Source of the DNA: a virus
Taxonomy: Duplodnaviria > Heunggongvirae > Uroviricota > Caudoviricetes
Virus record (IMG/VR): IMGVR_UViG_3300033143_002040
Span: 99,712 to 126,561 of that record
Direction: 5' to 3' (one strand)
DNA length: 26,850 bases
The position numbers and the translations under genes were made by a program. Positions within the stretch are counted from its first letter, which is position 1; each line of letters opens with the position of its first letter. The notes beneath the pieces are model-generated. The model saw only the letters and a program-made list of their open reading frames with translations, ran no database searches and was not told where the DNA came from. Positions 1-7,603 of this stretch are shown here, piece after piece.

Positions 1-89
1 GTAAGTGTACTGTTGAGTACGCTATACTCGTTGAACGTGTATACATGCTCTTTGCCGAACTTACTGTATATTCTGATTAAACAACTCAT
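1..89 (-). CDS. Hypothetical protein, 5' part only (MSCLIRIYSKFGKEHVYTFNEYSVLNSTL...), runs off the left edge
   Basis: ATG at 89-87 and an open frame to position 1, co-oriented with the upstream operon; no clear SD. Confidence 0.35.
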   Translation of the reverse strand, partial: MSCLIRIYSKFGKEHVYTFNEYSVLNSTL

Positions 90-272
90 AACTATTAATC
101 TAGGTTAGGACTAAAGTGGAAACACACTGGACAGCGTTAAGCTGGACTGGTGTTTACTCTTTTGTTCTAAACTCTATAGTTTCTCCTCCTGTTAAAATTC
201 GTCGTTCTTACTCGCTTTTACTCGTACTTAATCTGGTTGTGCTTTGATCGTCATTTGCTCTCAATATTGTTA

Positions 273-602
273 TTACCTACCTAATTGCTGTATGAACTTT
301 TCAAGTGGCATTACTGTGAATCGTGCCTTCAGTGGCATTGTGTAATGCCCTATGCTAGAGAAATTGTACTGCCACTTCAGTTCTCTAGCTATTTCTGTTA
401 TCTTATCTACTGCTGGTTGTAACTCATCTAGTTGTCTGACTTCAATTTCAAACTTAAGTCCACCATCATGTAGAGTCATTAGTTCATTATTAACTCCTAT
501 GTCATAGCTATCTTCAGGAAGAGCATCATATATAGCTTGGATAAACTCTTTCTGTTCATCTGTGTATGGCATGAAGCTCTCTGTTATCTCGTTTGCTTTC
601 AT
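273..602 (-). CDS. Hypothetical 109-aa protein with MKANEITE leader (candidate internal virion protein)
   Basis: ATGA overlap with the upstream ORF; ends in tandem TAA TAA; shared leader motif. Confidence 0.75.
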   Translation of the reverse strand: MKANEITESFMPYTDEQKEFIQAIYDALPEDSYDIGVNNELMTLHDGGLKFEIEVRQLDELQPAVDKITEIARELKWQYNFSSIGHYTMPLKARFTVMPLEKFIQQLGR

Positions 603-946
603 CCTATCACTACTTCAGCGACTAGGTAATCGTCGTTACTTGATTGCCAACCCATGTATAATACATAATTCCTATTCTCACTAAACTTACTCTCTACTGC
701 GTCCTTTACTTCTGCTATGTTTGTTACTACTTTACTTGTCTTCAAGTCATATGTAACTATGCTCTCTGATTCAGTATACATAGAAAGACTTACTACTCTT
801 GCTTTAGGATTATAACTTGAGCGTACTTTCCATTCAAGCGGCTTTAGTAGTCTGCGTAGTTCTTTTATCTTCTGCTTAACTTTCTGCTTCCCAGGATCTT
901 TAAGTCCTTGTATAAACTCCTTCTTTGTTATCTCTGTTAACTTCAT
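599..946 (-). CDS. Hypothetical 115-aa protein with MKLTEIT leader; N-terminus similar to 1418-1732
   Basis: ATGA overlaps at both ends; MKLTEITKKEFIQGLKDP vs MRVNEITDKDKFVGNLKDP. Confidence 0.75.
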   Translation of the reverse strand: MKLTEITKKEFIQGLKDPGKQKVKQKIKELRRLLKPLEWKVRSSYNPKARVVSLSMYTESESIVTYDLKTSKVVTNIAEVKDAVESKFSENRNYVLYMGWQSSNDDYLVAEVVIG

Positions 947-1281
947 ACATGTCCTGGATCAATCATATTAACTCTGTCAACCCAGGGCTTTGCTCTTGCT
1001 TTCTGTTCTTCATCGTCGCTACGCCAGTGTCGCTTCAAGCGATCTGTGAATAGAAACTCGCGAGGTAACTCACGAAATATCCATGTTCCCCATGTAGCGT
1101 TGAAGCCTACGTCAGCTATAATAGCAATTGCAGACCACAAGTACATAGGTATTATAGTGAACCAACTTAGTTCATCTTTATGTGCTTTCAATCTTTGAAC
1201 TGTAGGATATGCTAAGAAGATGCCGCCTAAGATCAACCACGAAGTTAATGCTACTGATAAGATAGTTAGTATAATATTCAT
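943..1281 (-). CDS. 112-aa membrane protein of unknown function
   Basis: Two hydrophobic segments (ILTILSVALTSWLILGGIFLAY; WFTIIPMYLWSAIAIIADVGF) followed by FNATWG..FRELPRE.LFTDRL; ATGA overlaps at both ends. Confidence 0.75.
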   Translation of the reverse strand: MNIILTILSVALTSWLILGGIFLAYPTVQRLKAHKDELSWFTIIPMYLWSAIAIIADVGFNATWGTWIFRELPREFLFTDRLKRHWRSDDEEQKARAKPWVDRVNMIDPGHV

Positions 1282-1421
1282 GTGCTACACTCGCCTCTGC
1301 ATTTTATCTTGCCACAACGACAACTCTTATCTGGCTTAGGTGCGCAATCTCCTTTGCAACTTATCTTGCCGCATCGACAGCTAGATGATTTACGTTCTTG
1401 TTTAATCTCTGATAGTTTCAT
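1278..1421 (-). CDS. 47-aa Cys-rich microprotein not in the ORF track: MKLSEIKQERKSSSCRCGKISCKGDCAPKPDKSCRCGKIKCRGECST
   Basis: Translated by hand. SD GAGGA upstream; its ATG overlaps the upstream TGA and its TGA overlaps the downstream ATG, so it fills the gap exactly; shared MKLxEI leader. Confidence 0.85.
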   Translation of the reverse strand: MKLSEIKQERKSSSCRCGKISCKGDCAPKPDKSCRCGKIKCRGECST

Positions 1422-1732
1422 GTCTTCCTCACTACGTAAACAGCGAATTCTTCTTCTACGTCACCCCTAAATGCTTTGAAAGCCCAATGCTGTGAACTCT
1501 TAATTATTCCCTTTATGTTCCCAATCAGATTACCTTCTTGGGTCTCAATATCCATTCTTGGAGGAATGCCTATAATAGTCGCAAGCTCTTTGTCTGCGTT
1601 GTATGCGTTAAAGCTGTATCCTCGACTTGCTGATTGAATCAATCTATCAACAATATCCTGTAATTCTGTTGCTGCTGGGTCTTTAAGATTGCCAACAAAC
1701 TTATCCTTATCTGTTATTTCATTAACTCTCAT
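1418..1732 (-). CDS. Hypothetical 104-aa protein with MRVNEIT leader
   Basis: ATGA overlaps at both ends; leader motif; N-terminal similarity to 599-946. Confidence 0.75.
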   Translation of the reverse strand: MRVNEITDKDKFVGNLKDPAATELQDIVDRLIQSASRGYSFNAYNADKELATIIGIPPRMDIETQEGNLIGNIKGIIKSSQHWAFKAFRGDVEEEFAVYVVRKT

Positions 1733-2079
1733 AGTAAACTCTTATTCCACGGGCCTAAGTTGCCTTCTCTTGCTGCTTTAATCATAGCTTCAACTACTGT
1801 ATATTCTATGATATTCTCTGCGTTCATTACATCTCTGTACTTTACTGCATCCATCACTAGTGGATCTTCTTTGCTACGTGAACTGTCTATTGCTTTGCCT
1901 TCTAGTTCTAGCCAGCCATGTGCAAACGTTCTACCCTCTATGTTTGTAACAGTTGCGTGTACTAATGTATATTTGTCTTGTACTTCTTCTGATTCACCTT
2001 TGATAAGATCCATCATCAATCGCCACGAATTGTCGAAACAATGTAGTAGTTCTCTTTGTTGTATCTCATTTAATTTCAT
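1729..2079 (-). CDS. 116-aa protein with MKLNEI leader and a putative transglutaminase/papain-like Cys-His-Asp core
   Basis: Start moved to ATG 2079 (TAATG overlap). Motifs HCFDNS (C14), LVHATV, AHGWLE (H54), AIDSS (D65). Confidence 0.65.
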   Translation of the reverse strand: MKLNEIQQRELLHCFDNSWRLMMDLIKGESEEVQDKYTLVHATVTNIEGRTFAHGWLELEGKAIDSSRSKEDPLVMDAVKYRDVMNAENIIEYTVVEAMIKAAREGNLGPWNKSLL

Positions 2080-2399
2080 TAAACCCAAAAATGATGTATG
2101 TCATTCTCTAGATCATGTATCCAAAGATTGCCAGACATCGTATCCCTTTCTAATTTTATATTCTCTCTATTTGACATTCGCAATAACTTACTGCTAATCT
2201 CGTTAGGCCAAATTAACTTCTTAAATACTTCTAATTCTACTGGCTCTGCATTCTCAACTGCGTATGCAAACTCTGTAGCATCATCATATCCCATTTCAGC
2301 TAATGCCTCATCTGAACGACAGTCACCTGCATAAACAAGCCCAGCCTTCGATGACCATTCAGTTTTTGCCCAGTTGTTGTCTATCTCATCTAACTTCAT
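2079..2399 (-). CDS. Hypothetical 106-aa acidic protein with MKLDEI leader
   Basis: Start moved to ATG 2399, preceded by GGAGG; TAATG overlap with the next gene. Confidence 0.75.
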   Translation of the reverse strand: MKLDEIDNNWAKTEWSSKAGLVYAGDCRSDEALAEMGYDDATEFAYAVENAEPVELEVFKKLIWPNEISSKLLRMSNRENIKLERDTMSGNLWIHDLENDIHHFWV

Positions 2400-2832
2400 C
2401 TGTTTCCTCCTCTGTGTAACCAAATCCGCCACAATCATCACAAACCGTTATTGTTTCTTTATCGGGCCACCTTGTAAACGACGGATAATACTCTAGTTGT
2501 CCCTTGCCGACACATGCTTCACAAAAAATACTGTTATCATTGCGTTCTTTGACTAACTGCCTGCTTATATTATTCACGCATTCTTCATTATCCCACAGCA
2601 TATTAATCTTCAATTCATAGTGGGTTCTAATGTCTGATGGCGGTATAATGCTATCACATATGTATTCCCAATAGTTCGTAGGAGTTGTCTCAAAATATAC
2701 TTCAAAGATATAATCTCCACCGAAGTGTAAAGCATCTTCAAGATGTCTAGCAAAGAATGTTCCAACAGTAAAACCGTCTTTCATAATCTTTGCTGCATTC
2801 TCAGCGTTAGTTCCGTGAAACATTATTTTCAT
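2386..2832 (-). CDS. 148-aa putative ADP-ribosyltransferase-fold domain fused to a DnaJ-type zinc finger
   Basis: FHGT...A..I...GF...FFA...DA..F...IFEV...WEY...IPP.DI pattern, then CEACVGKG and CDDCGGFG repeats. Confidence 0.6.
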   Translation of the reverse strand: MKIMFHGTNAENAAKIMKDGFTVGTFFARHLEDALHFGGDYIFEVYFETTPTNYWEYICDSIIPPSDIRTHYELKINMLWDNEECVNNISRQLVKERNDNSIFCEACVGKGQLEYYPSFTRWPDKETITVCDDCGGFGYTEEETDEVR

Positions 2833-3083
2833 TACGGTCCTTCTGCGTATACAGTTGTTTGCGTAGCATCCATGACTCGCCAGTACTTAACAGCCGTCCA
2901 GCGACTAAACAAGTCTTTTGCTGCTTCAACTGCAATTGGAACTGTGTCATACTTAATTGCGTTAGTGTTCCAGCTATCTTCTGGATCGCCGTGTGTATTG
3001 ACATATACTTTGTATATTCCTGTCTGCTGCCGAACGCCTGTTGCATTACCCCTGCGCGCTTCTTCTATTTCTTCTAGTCTCAT
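2832..3083 (-). CDS. Hypothetical 83-aa protein with MRLEEIEE leader
   Basis: SD AGGAG at 3096-3092; TAATG overlap with the next gene. Confidence 0.75.
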   Translation of the reverse strand: MRLEEIEEARRGNATGVRQQTGIYKVYVNTHGDPEDSWNTNAIKYDTVPIAVEAAKDLFSRWTAVKYWRVMDATQTTVYAEGP

Positions 3084-3122
3084 GTTGATGCTCCTATGCG
3101 TAGGTTCGTGTCAGTAAGATTT

Positions 3123-3294
3123 CTTACGATTACTACATCGCCTACTGTTGCTGTACTTAAGAATAACTCATCAGGTTCTCCTTTTACTTGGAAGAGGTTA
3201 CCGAATACCTTACGATTACTACATCGCCTACTGTTGCTGTACTTAAGAATAACTCATCAGGTTCTCCTTTTACTTGGAAGAGGTTACCGAATAC
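3123..3294. repeat. Exact 86-bp tandem duplication (3123-3208 and 3209-3294) in the 3' end of the baseplate wedge gene
   Basis: Both copies read cttacgattactacatcgcc...gaggttaccgaatac; the 86-nt period is not a multiple of 3. Confidence 0.97.
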
Positions 3295-6200
3295 CGAATC
3301 TGATTTCTGTGGTACAATGACCACTGAAGCTACTGTTTTAGCTAGCGTTTGATGAATGAACGTCGATAATTCCGTATAAAAAAAGCTCTCTCCAAAATCC
3401 CAATTTGAGATGTCAAAGTAATCATCAATAGCTGAGATAACTTGTGACTTCACTTCGTTGTCTGTTACTGTTGAGCCGTCTACCTTAACTACTTTAAACT
3501 TGGCTTGCAATTCATCCTCTGAACCAGTGCCAAACAATAGCTTGAACTTACCTGGTTTATAGATGATTTGATCTGACATCATCTTGAATTCTTCTAACTC
3601 AGCGAACTGAATACGTAGATCCTCTGTTGTAGGCTCAGTTGGAAATGGCGCAGTTATATCGTTCGATGCCTTCCATGTAATCACTTCACCATAGTATGTA
3701 TTTGTCAATAGCATTACGTCAATGACGTTAGATATGCTAGGATCAATACGATTGCTACGAGGTGCGTAATGCTTCCATTTGAAGTACAACGGATTCTCTT
3801 GTGTTGGATCTGTTATTACATCTAACTCAAAGCTTCTGCCTAACTTAGCATCGTGATTTGTTGTTACTACAATCTCTCCTGTTAGCGTTGTTAGTTGATT
3901 AAACACATAGAATGTCTCTACTGATGCGTTAGCGTCATAGAAAACCATTCCGTTAAATGCTAGGATAGACTCTGCTGCATCAGGAGAGCCTGTGCCTGCT
4001 GGATTAACGATAGCATCGTGTATAGTTCCTGTGCCTAATGCTGACGGATCAAGTGTCGTAACCATAAGATCAACAATCGTTGTTGCTCTATTAGGATCTG
4101 GACTTGAAATCGCTGACATTACGTAGTCTAAGCCAACCTTGCTTACTACTAATGGGCCAGTGTTAAGTTGATACTCACCATGTTCCCAAAGTCTAAAGTA
4201 CTCGTAGTTATCAAAGTCAGTAAATCTCTCAAAGTATACTGTATCAGGTGAGCCGCCGTTGTCTAGAAATATATCAATCTCTAGTGGCTCATCAGGCACG
4301 CCGTCGTTGTTAGTATCTGGTGAACGTACTTCTACTTTACGAGGATCATTGTAACCGTCTTCGTACATCACTAAACTGATAAGCTCTAGGTTCACTGGAT
4401 CTACTAGTGCTGCTCCTGAACCAATGCTCGGAGGATTAGTTAATGAGTTTGTAGGCAGAATCTCAACACTATCTTGTAGTGCTAGTCCTGTTGATACATC
4501 AATCGTTGTTCTACTTGGGTCTAAGAAGAACTGTGCATCTTCCTTAGACTCGAATATATATCGCTTACCACGAGCCGTGAATGTCCATACTGAATCTACT
4601 GCATCGAATGAACAGAATACTAACCAACTTGCAACCTCTGTTATATCAGCTACAAACGTTTCATCTCCGCTAGGAGCAGAAGCGAAACCATTTGTTGTAT
4701 CAATTACATACCATGCGCCGGCCTTAAGATCACCTGAAACTGTTGCTGCTACGTCATATCCTATGCCAAAGTCTGCTGCATTTGTAATTGCAGTCTGAAT
4801 CAATGTAGACTCTGCTGCGCTAAATGCTGTTCTGAATGTTGGGATAAGATCAAGTGCGTATCTATCATCATTAACTAAATCAGTTAGCTCAATTGGGCCT
4901 GTAGCTGTTAGGTTAGTTGGAGTTGGAGCGACTCCGTCTAGAATGAGTGAGTTAACTACTCGCCATTCTAGAATTGTTGATGTTCCTACTGTTGAAGCAT
5001 TACCGAAGCGTATTTGTGCGCCTGTTCGAAAGAACGTATCTGCTGTAGAGATAGGCACAATGCTATCAACTGATGGGTTCAAATAACCTGTGTCATTGCT
5101 TGTGTTGATAGGTTGTGGTTGCCAGTACACATTACTCGGAGCGGCACCAAATTCTGTATTATCTGTGATATTAAACGCATTTGGATTCAGTGTCAAATAA
5201 CTAGTACGGTAATCACTGTAGTAGAAGTTTGCTAGTTCTTGATTATCAATAAAAGCATCTAGGTTTACGTTTGTAATAGTTGATGCGCCTAATGTTGAAT
5301 CTACTGTAGTACGATCTCCTTCATCATCCTCATACAATGCGCCATCATCACCAAATACTAAGGTATTCTGTGCTGTTCCCGTAGGATCATTGATGTCGAT
5401 GTATCGACTATGTCCTGCGTGTGTGCGATTCAAACTCTTGATCTTGTTAATCTCGTTGCCTCGTGTCAATGGGAATACGTTATAGTCTTCACCGTTGACC
5501 ATTCTGTTCTGAGTGTAGAACACTTGAGGAGCACGCTCTTTGATCTGCCTACTTGTTTCAGTTGGTGCGCCGTTAGCTACTGTAGATTCTAAGCTAAAGA
5601 GTAGTCGTGCGTTGTACTCTTGACTGTCTGCGCCAAAGTACGGAATGTTTATCTCAAAGTTCTGTACATCATCTGCTCGTAGTGTTAGATTCTTGTTAGC
5701 AGAGACACGCATCCATGTACGAAAGATGCCTACAGGAGTATTACCGAAGTTGCCATCAGCAAACTTCAGAGTAACCTGATCGTTCAATCGTGGTAGGACA
5801 TTAAAGATTGTACGTAGAGCATTGTTCAAACTGTTGAAAATAACATTTGTGCCTACTAAGCTAGGGACTTTTGTCCATTGCTCTAATACGTTACCGTCTT
5901 GATCTATTTCTTGTACATATACATCATCTTCGTTAATGTTGTTGATGTTAATGTCTAGTGTTCTATTACGTACAGGCAAATCGTAGCGATTATCCTGTCG
6001 TTCTAGTGTGCCCTGCTTGAACATCAAGAAGAATCCTGTGTTCTCTGAGCCTAAGCCCTCGCCATCATTGCGATAGATAACGTGAAAGTTATCTGCTGGG
6101 TTAGGTGGACGTTCGAAGAAGAACTCACCATCAGTGAAGTCAGGATTGACTACATCAAACGGTACTTGATCTCCTCGAATAGATATGTTAAGATTATACG

Positions 6201-6792
6201 CTACTTCAACGTTAGGTACGTTGTTGAGTCGATAGATGTCAGTAGGAATGTTGCCAATCGTGCCTGTCTTGAACGGACGGCCAAATGGGTTGTTACTATT
6301 GAACACAGCGTTAAGGATAGTTGTGAACTGCTCAAAACTATCAGGGTTATTTACATCATTCCAAAAGATAGTTGTATTGTTTAAGTCACGATCCAAACTA
6401 TCTGTGATTGGCTCATTGGTCTCTACTCCTGACAGCTTAAACAAACCTGATAGAGCTATGTTACGCTTAGGGGTATATGAGAGCATCCTAGCAAGTCGTA
6501 TAATACTATCTCTGCGTTCTGCTGTATCTAAAAAATTCTCTCGCGTGTTCAAATCTGCTCTAAAGTTGAGCGATGTACCGAGATATGACAGCAATTCTAT
6601 TGTTGCAATGAATTCACTTGACTGGATGTAATCGTTGAACGATTCAGGATAGTGGGCACGAACGTAGTCAATAAGACTTGCTCGTAGAGTATCGAAATCA
6701 TATGCGCGGAAGTCAACATCTGAAAACGACTTGTAAATTGTGGTCCAGTCTTCTGCTGTAAACAGATTACTTTGTCTTACTGATTGTGACAT
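3184..6792 (-). CDS. gp6: Large baseplate wedge subunit (T4 gp6 / P2 gpJ-like), 1202 aa as given; 1208 aa ending at 3080 if one repeat copy is removed
   Basis: N-terminus ..DFRAYDFDTLR..YP..FNDYI.SSEF.A.IE.L.Y.G..L.FR.DLN.RENF.DTAERR.S..RLA.M.SY.PKRN; NGG-like NGAPTET...IK..APQ..YTQNRMV.GEDY motif; C-terminal WDFGESF...EL; SD AAGGA; downstream of gp25. Confidence 0.9.
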   Translation of the reverse strand: MSQSVRQSNLFTAEDWTTIYKSFSDVDFRAYDFDTLRASLIDYVRAHYPESFNDYIQSSEFIATIELLSYLGTSLNFRADLNTRENFLDTAERRDSIIRLARMLSYTPKRNIALSGLFKLSGVETNEPITDSLDRDLNNTTIFWNDVNNPDSFEQFTTILNAVFNSNNPFGRPFKTGTIGNIPTDIYRLNNVPNVEVAYNLNISIRGDQVPFDVVNPDFTDGEFFFERPPNPADNFHVIYRNDGEGLGSENTGFFLMFKQGTLERQDNRYDLPVRNRTLDININNINEDDVYVQEIDQDGNVLEQWTKVPSLVGTNVIFNSLNNALRTIFNVLPRLNDQVTLKFADGNFGNTPVGIFRTWMRVSANKNLTLRADDVQNFEINIPYFGADSQEYNARLLFSLESTVANGAPTETSRQIKERAPQVFYTQNRMVNGEDYNVFPLTRGNEINKIKSLNRTHAGHSRYIDINDPTGTAQNTLVFGDDGALYEDDEGDRTTVDSTLGASTITNVNLDAFIDNQELANFYYSDYRTSYLTLNPNAFNITDNTEFGAAPSNVYWQPQPINTSNDTGYLNPSVDSIVPISTADTFFRTGAQIRFGNASTVGTSTILEWRVVNSLILDGVAPTPTNLTATGPIELTDLVNDDRYALDLIPTFRTAFSAAESTLIQTAITNAADFGIGYDVAATVSGDLKAGAWYVIDTTNGFASAPSGDETFVADITEVASWLVFCSFDAVDSVWTFTARGKRYIFESKEDAQFFLDPSRTTIDVSTGLALQDSVEILPTNSLTNPPSIGSGAALVDPVNLELISLVMYEDGYNDPRKVEVRSPDTNNDGVPDEPLEIDIFLDNGGSPDTVYFERFTDFDNYEYFRLWEHGEYQLNTGPLVVSKVGLDYVMSAISSPDPNRATTIVDLMVTTLDPSALGTGTIHDAIVNPAGTGSPDAAESILAFNGMVFYDANASVETFYVFNQLTTLTGEIVVTTNHDAKLGRSFELDVITDPTQENPLYFKWKHYAPRSNRIDPSISNVIDVMLLTNTYYGEVITWKASNDITAPFPTEPTTEDLRIQFAELEEFKMMSDQIIYKPGKFKLLFGTGSEDELQAKFKVVKVDGSTVTDNEVKSQVISAIDDYFDISNWDFGESFFYTELSTFIHQTLAKTVASVVIVPQKSDSVFGNLFQVKGEPDELFLSTATVGDVVIVRYSVTSSK

Positions 6793-6921
6793 TTATCCTT
6801 CTTCCTCTAATTGTTGTAGACGGCTAGTATATGTATACTCGCCTATCACATCACCTATAGCTTTAGCTTCTGCTAGTAGTTCTTTGACTGTTGCTATCTG
6901 TGCTTCTGTATATTCGCTCAT
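6793..6921 (-). CDS. 42-aa ORF not in the ORF track: MSEYTEAQIATVKELLAEAKAIGDVIGEYTYTSRLQQLEEEG
   Basis: ATGA overlap with the upstream stop; its TAA directly precedes the gp6 ATG and its last codons supply the gp6 SD. Confidence 0.7.
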   Translation of the reverse strand: MSEYTEAQIATVKELLAEAKAIGDVIGEYTYTSRLQQLEEEG

Positions 6922-7394
6922 CTTTTCTTCTGCCAATCGCTGAATGCAGCATACTCATCATCTTGTCCGTGCCCAGCATCCTCATGCCCAGCAAAGTATC
7001 CTGCTATGAATGTTTTTTCAGTTTGTTCTTGTTGCATTTCAATCATAGTCTCGTATGAATCACACATACTGCTCAATCGTTGAAATGCTTGTTCTAATTC
7101 TTGTTGTGTAGGCGGAATACTAAGCTGCGGTCGTTTCATTCTAAAGTCACGAGGTTTAGCTGATCCTGCTTCACTTAGTTCTTTGTGTCTCTCTACATGT
7201 ACTGCGAATTCATCTTTGTCCATCCATTGATATGGTGAATGGTTAAGAGTGATTCTCTCCCCTTTAGGAGTAGTCATGTAGTGCCATTTCTTACTGTTAT
7301 TGCCGTCTGATTCAACGTCTTCTTCCTCGTTGTATCCGTATCCGTCTACTACGTACTGAAATCGTTGTTCATTTAGTATGTCTTGAAATCTCAT
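6918..7394 (-). CDS. Hypothetical 158-aa protein with MRFQDILNE leader
   Basis: TAATG and ATGA overlaps with neighbours; leader motif. Confidence 0.75.
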   Translation of the reverse strand: MRFQDILNEQRFQYVVDGYGYNEEEDVESDGNNSKKWHYMTTPKGERITLNHSPYQWMDKDEFAVHVERHKELSEAGSAKPRDFRMKRPQLSIPPTQQELEQAFQRLSSMCDSYETMIEMQQEQTEKTFIAGYFAGHEDAGHGQDDEYAAFSDWQKKR

Positions 7395-7603
7395 TATCGC
7401 TCCTGCGCCATCAGTTCAACCCAATGATCCTTGCCTGCACGATAAGCTTCACGCGCCCAACCTTTTGCATACACTTCAGGACGATATACTCTATTTTTTG
7501 CATCACGAAACCCCTCTTGATTGAATAATAATTCGTGATCTCGTTGGGCTTGATCTGCTATGCTTTCATTTACATCTTGCTTAGTTATTTCATCTAGTTT
7601 CAT
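7394..7603 (-). CDS. Hypothetical 69-aa protein with MKLDEIT leader
   Basis: ATG overlaps the gp25 TAA (TAATG); leader motif. Confidence 0.75.
   Translation of the reverse strand: MKLDEITKQDVNESIADQAQRDHELLFNQEGFRDAKNRVYRPEVYAKGWAREAYRAGKDHWVELMAQER

Noticed and set aside
90-272. Intergenic stretch with an orphan AGGAGG and a weak hairpin (CAGC-TTAAC-GCTG within AAACAC/GTGTTT)
   Set aside because: No start codon after the SD, all frames short, hairpin imperfect with no U-tract; cannot support an ncRNA, terminator or pseudogene call.
1282-1470. 62-aa plus-strand ORF with repeated LILPxRQL
   Set aside because: Antisense shadow of the Cys-repeat microprotein, which has SD, leader and coupling.
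3123-3294. 86-bp repeat as a CRISPR array or programmed frameshift site
   Set aside because: Two abutting copies with no spacer, inside a CDS; no X-XXY-YYZ slippery heptamer seen between the junction and the premature stop.
3096-3320. 74-aa plus-strand ORF with an internal repeat
   Set aside because: Antisense by-product of the duplication.
6918-7394. 158-aa ORF as a fusion of two genes at the internal Met (..RDFR-MKRPQ..)
   Set aside because: No SD before the internal ATG; untestable without homologs.
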